Shown: in pieces, positions 42,728-53,715 of the stretch
Layout: each line of letters opens with the position of its first letter
Numbering within the stretch: the stretch's first letter is position 1
From: Trypanosoma brucei
Taxonomy: Eukaryota
Assembly (NCBI GenBank): GCA_000002445.1
Contig: CM000207.1
Span: 1,088,001-1,152,000, forward strand
Reading direction: 5' to 3'
DNA length: 64,000 nucleotides
Made by a program: the position numbers and the translations under genes
Notes under the pieces: generated by a model
Told to the model about the DNA's origin: nothing
What the model saw: only the letters and a program-made list of their open reading frames with translations
Databases searched by the model: none

Positions 42728-43012
42728 ATGTGTGGAGGCGACGCTGCGGTCGAAAGAAAGGTTATAGAAGTTGAACGAGAGTGCCTTGATATGCTTTACC
42801 AGTTTTCGGACGTGCAGTCTGCGCCGGCGCCTACACAGAAACCCCGAACAGCGACGGCTGAGTACGGGATACTCATCGAAACCATTGAGTACCTTGAAAC
42901 CCTGCATTCCTACTTAGCGCGCGGCTCTCAGGAAGGGAAGAACTCCCGCCACACTGTTGTGAAGTCGGTGGTGCGCGATCTAAGGGGTTTCAAGGCAGCC
43001 AGGAATCTATAG
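42728..43012 (+). CDS. Possible small ORF (94 aa) at the end of the plus-strand cluster; hypothetical
   Basis: GC-rich, coding-like composition (…LIETIEYLETLHSYLARGSQEGK…). No domain. Could be the true last gene of the cluster or noise. Confidence 0.2.
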   Translation: MCGGDAAVERKVIEVERECLDMLYQFSDVQSAPAPTQKPRTATAEYGILIETIEYLETLHSYLARGSQEGKNSRHTVVKSVVRDLRGFKAARNL

Positions 43013-45024
43013 CGCACTGCACGATTCTCCGCGGCCCAAGTTGCAACGTGCGATTCACAGCCGCAACCCGTACATAGTGCCCCTCGCACTCATGTTGTAA
43101 TTGGTAACAAATTTATAGTTTAAGGCCCCACCGGAAAGAGACGAGCGAGCTAACCTGCCAAGCTATCCGTGTACGCTTGCCATAAGCGTACCTGCAGCGG
43201 CATTTGCTTCGCATTGGACCTTCAGTGGGTAATATTCGTCGCTTTTTTTTTTGTCTGACTGCTTTGAGTGACGGAGCGCATGTGTACCAGCATTCATTTC
43301 TTGTGGACTCACATGTCCGTGAAACATTTGTATATGAATACTTAAGTTTGTTGGAACTTCTTTTCTTGTCCCTCTGATACCTGAAAGCTTCGAACGCGGT
43401 TACAGCTGATCATCGACAAAGCGACACCACTCCATCCGGTGCAGCTGGTGGGACATTGTTTTCTTTGTCACAGCGAGCCTGGAGACCTTGTGAAGCAGCG
43501 GTGTCGCTCCATAACTTGCAAATGATTTCTCTAATTTTTCTTTTGCTCTGCTTTAATACCTCCATTTTCCCCGAGAGTCAAAGCGCCCTTGTGCCGTCAT
43601 CTTTCCGCCCGTGTGCTTAATCTCGTCTTCGGGACATTAACCATCTAAATTTCGCCCTTTGCATTACTTGAGCTTCCGTAAAACACCAACGTGAGTTGTA
43701 GTGGTCTCCCTTCGTAGTGCGTGACAGCGTTCGGGGATTGTGATACTGACATCTCGTATCCCGTTAGGTTCTCCATAGAAAGTGAAGGGATCGATAACGC
43801 GACGGCACGGTACGAATGTTGTGGCTCCGATGTGGGCATGACGTGCGCCGTAGTACGGTTGTCGCTCGCCGTTTAGCCGTGCCAATGCCTTCTTCGGGTA
43901 AATCTTCGGTGTTCGGGTGTGACTTCTTTTCTCGTTCTATCGGTGAAGGCACATCTTCAGCTGCATGTAAACAGTGGGAAGAAGAAACCCCATCCAACAT
44001 CCCGCGACTGCATAACATACCCAGGTCACCCACATCTCTAATGTCCAGTCAGTTGCCTAACCTGAGTGTCTTCTAGCCAATATTGAGAACTCGCCCGGCA
44101 AGCAAAGGGTGCCAACACCTGTTCTCGTGGCTTTGGTTCCACTAGATTTTACTTTCCCCAGAGAAGTAATTGGCCCAAACATGTACACTCACGGGATTTT
44201 GTGAGCGGCACCCTTGCTCAACTGATATGCTTGAGATGTGTCAACATTGACTTATGCTGAGGTAGATGAGACACCGGAGGTCGGTCGTTTTTCTGCAGCC
44301 TTGGGTGTCTCAGTTTCTTGTTTCCCGACGATGAAGCTTTAACAGTTGCTCTTGCGTGCCGATGATTGTGTGTCGTTTCTTCAGTTTTCCACCTTGTTCC
44401 ATCGCCTCCGTCCGCGATGACTGATCGAAAGTCGGTGCCGCGTCGCGCTGTTTCCTAAAGAAACAGAGGGATTTCTGCACCAGACTCGGTGCCCCGCTAG
44501 CTCACTACCAGATTTGTCTGCTTCCCTTGACATGACACATCACAAGAACCTTCTCGTTAAAAAAGAGGCAAAGAAGGTCGGAAAGCAGGTGCAACTTTCG
44601 ACATCCGCTTCGTTATGGTGTTGCAGACTGTTTCATACTGTTAGGGATGTGGATAGTTGTTCGGTTTACATTTTTTGCGAATGCTTAATCGCATACACTG
44701 TACTGACGTGGAAACAACTAGGTGAATGAACAGTGTTGGAACTTGGGATGCACACGATCACACAAGCACTGGACAAAACTGTGGCTGATTTGGGAATCAA
44801 CGGTTCATACCGGATGCTCGCGCCCAACACAAAACTGTTTCACTACACGTCATGTTTCACGTCTGAAAAATATGCGGGTGGAAACGCCTACCTGCTGCGG
44901 CCGATCCTCCAATTGGCAATGCGAAGGCACCGGGAAAGAGGTTTGGAATAACTCAAAACAAAACTGCTCGATTAAATAAGGGGGGATAATACATTGCTTG
45001 TTGGGGATGGATTTACGGTTTTGT

Positions 45025-45038
45025 AAAAAAAAAAAAAA
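45025..45038. repeat. Poly-A(14) homopolymer
   Basis: Read directly. Lies in the strand-switch region, 65 bp from the 3' end of the first minus-strand surface-protein gene. Confidence 0.9.
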
Positions 45039-45102
45039 GAGCGCGTGGGCGCCACAAGTTTATACACTATTTGTATCAAGTTTTGCTGTCTGCCGCTATG
45101 GC

Positions 45103-46584
45103 TCATAACAGTAAAAATAACGCCAGTGGCGTTTGGAGGTTGTTCACACGGCTTCGGATAGCTCGTCTTCGCGTCGCGGCCACGCATGCATCTCCATTCC
45201 ACTCACATCCCATTTCCGCTTTTAGGCCGGCACATGTTTGCTCCCGCTTGTAATCGTTGCATTCAAGTAAAGGGGAACTGTCCCCCCCGTCTCCTTCGTC
45301 GTTTTTTACTGCGGCACCAACGACGGACTCCGATATGCCTTCTCTATTACCGTTGCTTTGTTCGAGTCTGGGTGAGCCCGGCCATTTATTTCTACCCTCC
45401 GCACCTCTGCTTCCTGAGTGAGGGCTGCCACCCCCCCTGCCGGGTCTGATTTTTGTGTGTTTCGTGTTTAAGGCCATTATTTCGTCTTCTAACTCACTTA
45501 ACCTCGCGTCGATGGCGCTTAGTTGGTCTATAGCATCGGCTGCCGCCTTCATTTTCTCCAGCCACGGTAGGGTCGGATTATTTCGCTTGACGTTGCTTAC
45601 ACTGTATTGCACGCAGCGTCCCTGCCCGGTTTTGATGATTCCAGTACAACCTGTGGCCAAATTACCCTCAAACTTGCCTAGCACTGTCAAATCCATGCCC
45701 CTTGTACTCGAGGGCCGAAGCCGCTTGAGAAGCAGATTCATTGCGTCCGAAAGACTTTTCCTCGAAAGCTCGGCATTACTGCCAATTTTCTCGCATTGGT
45801 GTTTGAGATATCCCCATCTTTCTTCTCCAGCCTGACTGGGTATCCACGTGTCGCTATTGCCCCCTTTTTCGCATTCCGCGCAGCAACCCTGGTCGCTTTC
45901 AACGGCACTTCCCGATGCACCACATAGACACAATAAGTCAATACTCAATGCCAAACCAGCCAAACTTCCTGCAAATATCCCTCGGCCGCAAACATCCTTG
46001 CGACCGTATGTTCCCCTCATTACCTCCCCATTTTGTTGTCCGGACCCATAGAGTGCCTCTATCAGATTTTTTTCTATTGATGTCTCCTTCAATATTCTCC
46101 ATAATCCATCATTATCTTTCATGCAATCCTCGGCACGTTCTGCGGCATTTGCTACCTTTCTCTTATCTTCTTTACTCAAGGCACTCCCGGTCCATACCGC
46201 ATATTTGTCCTTTTCAGGACCCCCAAGCTTGCTCCTTGCTCCTGTCCAAAATTTCCGGTGCCCCTCATTTGTTTCGTGAGAATGTTTTCTGTCGTCCGCT
46301 ATTTCTTCCCAATCTTTAGTTGCTCTCTCCAAATCAGAAAAACTCTGATACTCTACGGCCAAGCTTATAGCTCCAATGTTTGCTGCTGTGTCTTCGACTC
46401 GCGCAAGAAGTGCCGCGTGGTCTTCGGAGTTGCTCGCCAAATTAATTAAACCACACAACGCCCTAAAGTCGCCCTCATTTTCTGCACCCTTTGCAACTAG
46501 TGCCGCGCGCGGAATCAAAGGCAGCGTTACTATCGACACAAAAATAGCCCACCTCCCGATCAACATGCGCACTTTTTCAACCAC
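45103..46584 (-). CDS. Variant surface glycoprotein (VSG)-family gene, 493 aa
   Basis: N-terminal signal peptide (MLIGRWAIFVSIVTLPLIPRAALVA). VSG-type N-terminal motif ENEGDFRALCGLINLA. Internal DLLCLC motif. Four-Cys C-terminal module (CNDYKREQTCAGLKAEMGCEWNGDAC) and a hydrophobic C-terminus (TPLALFLLL*). Sits in an AT-rich context unlike the upstream core. Confidence 0.7.
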   Translation of the reverse strand: MVEKVRMLIGRWAIFVSIVTLPLIPRAALVAKGAENEGDFRALCGLINLASNSEDHAALLARVEDTAANIGAISLAVEYQSFSDLERATKDWEEIADDRKHSHETNEGHRKFWTGARSKLGGPEKDKYAVWTGSALSKEDKRKVANAAERAEDCMKDNDGLWRILKETSIEKNLIEALYGSGQQNGEVMRGTYGRKDVCGRGIFAGSLAGLALSIDLLCLCGASGSAVESDQGCCAECEKGGNSDTWIPSQAGEERWGYLKHQCEKIGSNAELSRKSLSDAMNLLLKRLRPSSTRGMDLTVLGKFEGNLATGCTGIIKTGQGRCVQYSVSNVKRNNPTLPWLEKMKAAADAIDQLSAIDARLSELEDEIMALNTKHTKIRPGRGGGSPHSGSRGAEGRNKWPGSPRLEQSNGNREGISESVVGAAVKNDEGDGGDSSPLLECNDYKREQTCAGLKAEMGCEWNGDACVAATRRRAIRSRVNNLQTPLALFLLL

Positions 46585-48964
46585 CGCTTTTCTTTACAAA
46601 CTCTAGTCCCTTTAAATGGCTCTTTGAACACACCTCCACAAAGTTTACCAAGAAGTAAAAAATGAGTGAAAACGGAGCAGAAGATGCCTGCCGCGTTGAG
46701 CAGTGCACTCACTTGCCTGTGCGCATTGTGATGGCCATACTGTTTTCAACGCCCACTAAAAAATGACCATTCCTCTCATTATTTAAGCGAATGAACTATA
46801 TATTTACAAAACATTTTTGCATGTATTAGTTTATATCAAAAGTGCCAATTTTCTAACCAGAACAAGGGGATGCACAACTGCGAAAACAGCGTTACTAAAA
46901 TAAAATTAGGTAGCAAACGCAGAATCTGATTTGGTGCATGCAGGTGCTGGGGAATTTGTGATATTTTCCAGTTTGAATTCTTAAGAATTGTACACCTTTG
47001 CTTTCGGTAAAAATTCTCAACTTCTTTCAGCTTGGCTTTTGCATCCTATTTAGCTTTAGCTTTAGCGTTTCGTTGGTATTTTTGATTTTCCACTATCTGT
47101 AATTCTGGATTCGTTACCCGCTACGACTGCAACAAATCCACGCCTCTACCTTCCATTAAAAGTTCATCTATATACTGAATTGGCTTTTGATTTTTTTCTT
47201 TAGTTAGCACCTTGCTTCTCAATTTCGAATTTCCTCCACCACACTTCCCATACCTACATCAACTGACTTCTAATTTGAAAGTTATTTTCTCACCATCTTC
47301 TAGTTTATCCGGGCGTGGTTTTGTCCATTTTCAACTCTGCCCTCTCTAATTTTGGAATGGGTTGTAAAAGCCACTTCTGACGGGTTCAAATTGTTTGGAC
47401 CGTCGACACTCGACGCCATTTTGACGAAACTTCCAATGAAAGCCGGTTCTTTCCTTGATTTTCGGCCAAAAACGACGAAATTCGTTGCCTTTGTTGAGCG
47501 CCCGCCTCGCGTGACATCAAAGATTTTAATTTCCTCCACAATCTTATGACCACTTGCTCCTATAACCAAGCACTTTGACTCACCTTGACAGTTCCTTTCG
47601 ACAACCTCCCACCCGCTGGCGGCCAGATCTCCTACACAGAAACGGTTGTGTCCTTGTTCTCTCTGTGGAAACATATTTATTCTTTCATCAATATTCCTCC
47701 CGTTTACAGTGCCAGTTTTGTTTCCTCTTTTCGTAAAGCTTCTGACTCCCCAGTTTCGCCAGTGATCCTCTAATCACCATAATTCATGCGAGGTCACACA
47801 CCCTGATAAAATTAAGGCATCTTTACCATGCCAACTTTAACATGTCAAGGAAGGTTTAGGACATTTACAACGAGCCCTTAGTTTATTCTATCTGTTCACA
47901 AACCCTCACTCAAAGTCCCTGTTTTGATATACCACAGACCTTTGTGGAGCCGCCTGAGTTTAGAGGAATTTCCGATCCAGCGATGGTATTTCTTATCCCT
48001 GCACCGGTTGAACAAGTGAGGAATTCGTCATAAAAGGTGGCGCATTCGAATGTGATGATATTCAATCCGCAGTTTAAACCACCAGCATTGCCTAATTTTC
48101 CGAAGCGAAGTTTTTTCCGGGACAAAACATACGCATAACTTCTTTATGATTTTCCCTAAACAAGAAAGAATCAAATTTGATGTTGTCATAATTTTTCAAT
48201 AATAATAACAAAGAAAAGATATTAGCACTCTCTGAGGTTCGCTCACTTAAATTTTAAATGCAGATATTAATAGTGGTAAGTCTCGTGAGCCACTCTTTCA
48301 CTTTCTAAGAGTAGAGCAAACGACTCCAGCTCCTGAAGGTGTTTTGGAAAAGCAGCTCTCTCCGCAACCTCTTTTTGAAATTGTGAAGTATGATATTCCT
48401 AGATCTATTAGGAATACACGACCTCCGATGCTGAAACAAACAAAAACATTGCTTACTTACTAGCCATTAGCCCCGTAGTTAAAAACCTTTACTAGAGTTT
48501 TAATAAGTCATCTTTTTGACTCAAAAGAGGTAACGTGTCATGTGTATGATATCAATCACTACACTTGATGCGAACTCATCCTCACGCACTACATACAGAG
48601 TGCCTGCAGAGTCAGGAAACTTTGTGTAAAAACAACAAAAAACCTCCGCGTTTCTTCCTTAAGTTTGTAGACAATATTTTGAAGTAATTATATTGTGGGC
48701 TAAAACTGATCCATAATTACTTCCTTTCTCTCCAGCTCCACCTTCTCGTCGCACCATAATTGCCTTTAGAAGAGGTAATAAATCACCTGTTTTTCTCAAG
48801 TACAACTGCGACGTTGTCGTTATGGTTTGTTTTTCCCTTCTAGAACGTTAATCATCCACATTCCATGTAACCTTTACCTTTATAAAATATGACACTAAAA
48901 TCCACTATTATCCACATTTATATTGTTATTATTAACATAAAGAAGCCACGCGTGTTAGATTGCG

Positions 48965-50110
48965 TTATATCAATAGCAACAAATACACCAACAGAGGTGA
49001 AATGATTTGAGTTTCATTTTTTGGTCGAAGTGGCTTTTGTGATTGTCGTGACGATTCTGTAGTGTTTGTTTCTCTTGAACTAAACGGATCAGTGTCCGTA
49101 GTAGTTTGCGTATTTGTATTTGCATTTGTACCTGATGTTACGGATGCCTCGCTCTCTGCTGCTGTTTGAGGGTGTTGTGGGTGTGGCTGAGCTGGGAGTG
49201 GTTTATTTTTTTCTTCCACATTTTGCTCCGGGGGTTGCACAACAGGTTGTGAAACCCTAGGTTGTTGGTGCGTTTTCCCTCCTTCTGGATTATTTTCTTT
49301 CGATACTGGCGGCCCCTCATTCTTTCTTGCCTCGTTTTGAGGGTTGGCCAGTTTTTCGATAAGTTTTTCCAGTCGTGTAAGCCACTCGACGTTCAGCCTT
49401 CCCGTTTCCTCACCTCCCAGTTTGTACATAACACAAGGGGCGTCCCTCAGATTATCTGAAGCTCCGCAGGATTGAGTGATTGGTGGACTTCCGTGTCCAA
49501 AGCGCTTTGTTTCGCTGTTTCCCGTTCCTCTTTCCCTTTCCTTTAGTTTTGTTGAAAGATTCTCCTTCATTGTTTTCAAAGTTTTGGCATCAGGTCTCGC
49601 AGCGTAAATTGCTGTGGAACATTTTTCCATAACGCTTTTCCAATGCTGTTCTGCTTGTGTTCCGTTGCTCCAGCTTTATTCACCATTTTGCCATATGTTG
49701 CTTTCATAGCACAGATTGACCATTTCGCCTTTACCATTTTGTGGCTTGCACAAACACAGAAGATCTACTGCCAACGCTTTACCTGCAAAAACAACTTCAC
49801 TCGACGTCACTGCATCTACGTAACCGCAGTCATTATAGCGTCGATCTTTTCCATTCCAATTAAGGGAGCCATCACTTCCATCTCCGTACAATATTGTGTT
49901 TATGGTAGTGTTATATTCGTTTTCATTGTCGCCTACTTCATCCTCGTTTTGTTTAACCAACTCTCGTATTCCCAGTGTTAAATTTAAAAAACTGCATAGT
50001 GTGTCAAATTCTTCTTTATTCTTTACGGAGCCGTCTGGGGATGCCTGACAACTCACTTCTTTTATCACCAAAACCAGGCATATCAAAAACCTAACTGAGT
50101 ATTTCCACAT
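48965..50110 (-). pseudogene. VSG-superfamily paralog split by a frameshift (N-terminal ORF 49676-50110, C-terminal ORF 48965-49630) with a P/Q/T-rich mucin-like stalk and a hydrophobic C-terminus
   Basis: N-terminal part has a signal peptide (MWKYSVRFLICLVLVIKEVSC), NKEEFDTLCSFLNL and ALAVDLLCLC. C-terminal part is …QPPEQNVEEKNKPLPAQPHPQHPQTAAESE…TNANTNTQTTTDTD…IISPLLVYLLLLI*. The two halves lie in different frames and overlap by about 45 nt. Confidence 0.6.
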
Positions 50111-51013
50111 TTTCTTGGCTTTCCCGTCTAACTCCTAAGTTTCAGAGGAAGAATTTGTTCAGCGAGTTTCGCAAACATTAAAACATATTTTTGATCTTCA
50201 AATAGAAGCGCAAATTTATATTATACATGCACCATCATACAAGTAATGCACCACGTTAGAATGTGAAAACATTCAGTTAAATTACTGATGGGTAAGCATC
50301 ATTCGCTGCTGGGGCAAATCATTGTTGCATTCAGAGTCGACAACTAATCAATTATGTGCAATTTTGCTTTGCAACAAAAGAAATGCTTATTTTCTTGATG
50401 TGCGTGTTTACTCTTCACCCCTGCGGATCACCATTAACAGGAGCAAACCCTCTTCTTCATCACTTTAAAAACAGAAAAAATGCATCACATACTAGTTCTC
50501 ACACGCTCCAAAAAATTTCGCTTTATAATGTACTTTTTAGAAAGGTTTTCATGGTCCACATGGCTTCAGTGGTCATTCAATTTCACGACAGGTTACCTCT
50601 CTACACAGATCGCGCAGTGCACCACTCCAATAGTCCCTTTTTTACTTCATACCCTTCATAGACTCTGACCCTGTGAAGAGGGGGAGTAGAAGCATGCTCA
50701 CTCGTGGATCGCGTCCGCAGAAAAAATAAAAATATTCTATTACTATATACGCGGACTACGCTACAAGTATAGAATCCTATAATCCATTATGAATGTGTTT
50801 TCTGTTCTTTAGACCGAGGTGTACGCATTTACACCTTCCTACAGTCAAGCTATACGCACAAATCATAGAACGAAATGATAAATTGTAACGGGGGTAAAAC
50901 GTAATGGATGTGTCTCCAAACACGATTATCATCGAATCAATATAGCTAAAGTGATGTGGACTCCAAGTTAGTAATCCCAAAAACAAAACCATTGCACAAA
51001 ATACAACATTGAA

Positions 51014-52129
51014 TCACATAACCAACATTTCTGCAAAAAATATTAGACCTATTATGGCGTGTTGCTTCCTCATTTTGAATCCTTCTTCATCTATAACATC
51101 GTCTTCATCCTCACCTCCCTTGCGCTTCTTCCCACTCTCCTTGAAATATCTACGCACTATCGGGCTCTGAGTTAACAATTCTTTTAGTTTATTTTCATGC
51201 TTTGCAAAGGATGTAAGGGTTGGCTGTACATCACGGTACTGTTTTGTAATACTTTCATATCCTCTTCTAACCAAAGTGTAGTTCTTGATCAGTTCGCGCA
51301 CCATGTCACTAGATTTCAGAATAACGGCAGAATCTTTTTTGTAGGTAACAAACCCTCCAGTAGTCCCCACTATGAAAGATCCAGGTCCTCCATTTGCAAC
51401 CTTTTCCGTGCCCATGATCCAGCACTTTGTGCTGTTATCGGCTGTTAGTTCGACTTCTCGGTTAGCTGTGTATTTTTTAAGCACAGACAATATACCATCA
51501 TCTGAATTATCCTCAGTGAAAGACATATTACATTTGTTTGGGGCTTCCGCTGCTTCGTATTTGCAATTACCTTCCCCACCACTTCCACATCCATTCTCAC
51601 CTCCCGAAGAGCCTGCTTCCTTCACCAAACAACACCATTTACTTTCTTCATCCTTCGTTTTCTCAAACAATACTACCAAATCCCTCAATACTTGTCCAAT
51701 TGACAGTGATGCATTCACAACATGATAGGAGACTCTCACAATGTCTAAGAAACTAGCATCCATTACCTGAAGAGCATTATCCATATTATTCATTACTTTT
51801 TCCATTTCCACATATGTTTTCTTTACATTTTTCATCTCACTTCCATTAACAACCCCTATCTTCTCCAGACCCTGCACTATTGCTTTCCATGTTCTCCCCT
51901 TTACACCATGCCGATGCCGCCATTCCCGAAACTTATCTACCATTCCTGTCGCATTTTGGTGCTTCTTCAGAATCTCAGCACTCACAACCCTTAAGGCATG
52001 ACTGAGGTTACACAATGTTTCAGCTCCCTTGAGAGTCATAGCCTTTCCAGAAGGTTGCCCCTCCACTGTCCCAGTGACAATGCCAAACACTGTCAGGCAC
52101 ACTGCAAGAAAAAGTGATATCACCTTCAT
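51014..52129 (-). CDS. VSG-superfamily (VSG/ESAG6-7/PAG-like) surface glycoprotein, 371 aa
   Basis: Signal peptide MKVISLFLAVCLTVFGIVTGTVEG. KGAETLCNLSHALRV N-terminal motif. Cys cluster KWCCLVKEAGSSGGENGCGSGGEGNCKYEAAEAPNKC. Acidic/lysine-rich tail then a hydrophobic end, HAIIGLIFFAEMLVM*. Confidence 0.65.
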   Translation of the reverse strand: MKVISLFLAVCLTVFGIVTGTVEGQPSGKAMTLKGAETLCNLSHALRVVSAEILKKHQNATGMVDKFREWRHRHGVKGRTWKAIVQGLEKIGVVNGSEMKNVKKTYVEMEKVMNNMDNALQVMDASFLDIVRVSYHVVNASLSIGQVLRDLVVLFEKTKDEESKWCCLVKEAGSSGGENGCGSGGEGNCKYEAAEAPNKCNMSFTEDNSDDGILSVLKKYTANREVELTADNSTKCWIMGTEKVANGGPGSFIVGTTGGFVTYKKDSAVILKSSDMVRELIKNYTLVRRGYESITKQYRDVQPTLTSFAKHENKLKELLTQSPIVRRYFKESGKKRKGGEDEDDVIDEEGFKMRKQHAIIGLIFFAEMLVM

Positions 52130-52296
52130 TATTTATCTAAAAACGAAACAAGTTTACTTGAGGCAATTTAATACAGTATATCTCATTAGAAACTAACACG
52201 CACATGAACACACATATGCATACATACACACCATTTTAAATGCAACAAAGACGCAAAAAAAACATAACATAACATATTTGGTAATGTAATATTAAA

Positions 52297-53715
52297 CTAA
52301 AAGATAAGAATAAGAGATAAGAATAATAACAATATAAACCCCCACGTTTCCATATTCAAATGAGTAAGTCCATCATTATTTACCTCAGTATTATCACCTT
52401 CGCTGTCACCCTTTACTCGGCTACTTTTCCATAGCTCTGCATCACCACCTAGTTTCACCTCAAGAAATATTTCCTCGGCCTCGTGTTGATACTCTTCCAA
52501 CTCATGAAGATGACTGTCAGCTTCTTTTGAATATTTATCCATTTCTTGCAGTTGCTCGGTAGCGTTAGTAAGACGATTGTACCATGGAATTCCACCATTT
52601 TCAAGTGTGTACTTGTAACTGACACATGTGAATCCAGCAGTATGACCCGTGCATGTCCGATTTTCGTTTTTATCAGTTCTCACATAACCAAAAATACCCT
52701 TCACCTGATATTTATCCTGTTCCAAATTCACTAAGGCATCAAACTGAGCTAATGCACTTTTCAAAGTCTTTACATTCGATGCAACGTTTTTGTACACACA
52801 AGCTTTACTAATCACATCCCATGCCTCAGTGTAATTGTATGTTATGTTGTCTGGGCTGCAGGGGCTGCTATTGGCCTCACAGTAATTTGCCATCATTGTC
52901 CAACTTCCATTTTTTGGTCTTCTTATTTCATCTTTACAAGGACAATTGAACCCATTATAAACACTATCACTATATTTGCCCTTACCGCTCTCTTCTTTTT
53001 TTTTATCTTCATTATCTTCATTATCTTCTTCCTCTTTCTCGTCTCTTTTCTGCCTCATATCTTCAGTCACATTTATAGCCTCTCCCACACATAGACAGAA
53101 AAAGTCATTGATTAGTGTCTTTCCAACCAGCTTGTCTCCATAAGAACCGCAACTCGTGCCTGCATTATCAATACTATTGAACAGCAGTGACTTGTTTCCC
53201 CTCATGGCTTTCTCTAGAGTTTTATTCTCATTTCGTGCCACATCCACAGCGTCTCCATACACAGCTTTCAACATATTGTCTTCGGCAGAACGACTTGCAT
53301 TTAACGCTTTTGTCCTATTCACTTCTATTTCTTCCTTCAGCTTTTTCGCCTTTTCAAGCAGTTGTATCATCAACTGATATGCTGTCGTGCTGTTAGATGA
53401 ATTGCTCGAGCCTTTATTACTTCCAGCGGCCCCCACCACACTGACCATTTCCTCCAACTCATTCAGAATATTAGCTTCTTTCTCACGGTTCTTGAAAGAG
53501 GGTTGTGGTGCTTCTGCCTGCGTAATTCGGTAAATTTTGCACAGTGTCTCGAACTCACCGACGTTATGGTATTTGTAACTATCGTCGATGTAATCCGTAA
53601 TGCTTCCCCAGTCAACCATATCAGGCCGCCATTTGTACGACCCCATATCTCCCTGAAAGGAAGGAGATAAAACAGCTGCAAAAAGCCCAACAGCGAACAC
53701 TATTTCACACCTCAT
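52297..53715 (-). CDS. VSG-superfamily surface glycoprotein, 472 aa
   Basis: Signal peptide MRCEIVFAVGLFAAVLSPSF. NVGEFETLCKIYRI. INDFFCLC motif. Many N-glycosylation sequons. Acidic low-complexity insert (EKEEEDNEDNEDKKKEE). Hydrophobic C-terminus WGFILLLFLSLILIF*. Confidence 0.7.
   Translation of the reverse strand: MRCEIVFAVGLFAAVLSPSFQGDMGSYKWRPDMVDWGSITDYIDDSYKYHNVGEFETLCKIYRITQAEAPQPSFKNREKEANILNELEEMVSVVGAAGSNKGSSNSSNSTTAYQLMIQLLEKAKKLKEEIEVNRTKALNASRSAEDNMLKAVYGDAVDVARNENKTLEKAMRGNKSLLFNSIDNAGTSCGSYGDKLVGKTLINDFFCLCVGEAINVTEDMRQKRDEKEEEDNEDNEDKKKEESGKGKYSDSVYNGFNCPCKDEIRRPKNGSWTMMANYCEANSSPCSPDNITYNYTEAWDVISKACVYKNVASNVKTLKSALAQFDALVNLEQDKYQVKGIFGYVRTDKNENRTCTGHTAGFTCVSYKYTLENGGIPWYNRLTNATEQLQEMDKYSKEADSHLHELEEYQHEAEEIFLEVKLGGDAELWKSSRVKGDSEGDNTEVNNDGLTHLNMETWGFILLLFLSLILIF

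Noticed and set aside
45025-45038. Poly-A(14) as the 3' tail of a RIME/ingi-type retroposon
   Set aside because: No recognisable retroposon body or target-site duplication could be identified next to it, so it is reported only as a homopolymer.
41610-45102. Search for tRNA genes (GGTTCGAATCC-like T-arm boxes), snoRNA C/D boxes or SL/5S sequences in the strand-switch region
   Set aside because: No convincing A-box/B-box pair or cloverleaf could be identified by eye. Computational scanning would be needed.
47300-48125. Two minus-strand ORFs (124 aa and 71 aa) between the VSG and the next paralog
   Set aside because: They lack a signal peptide, the VSG motifs and a hydrophobic end. They may be relics of another decayed surface gene, but no feature supports a call.
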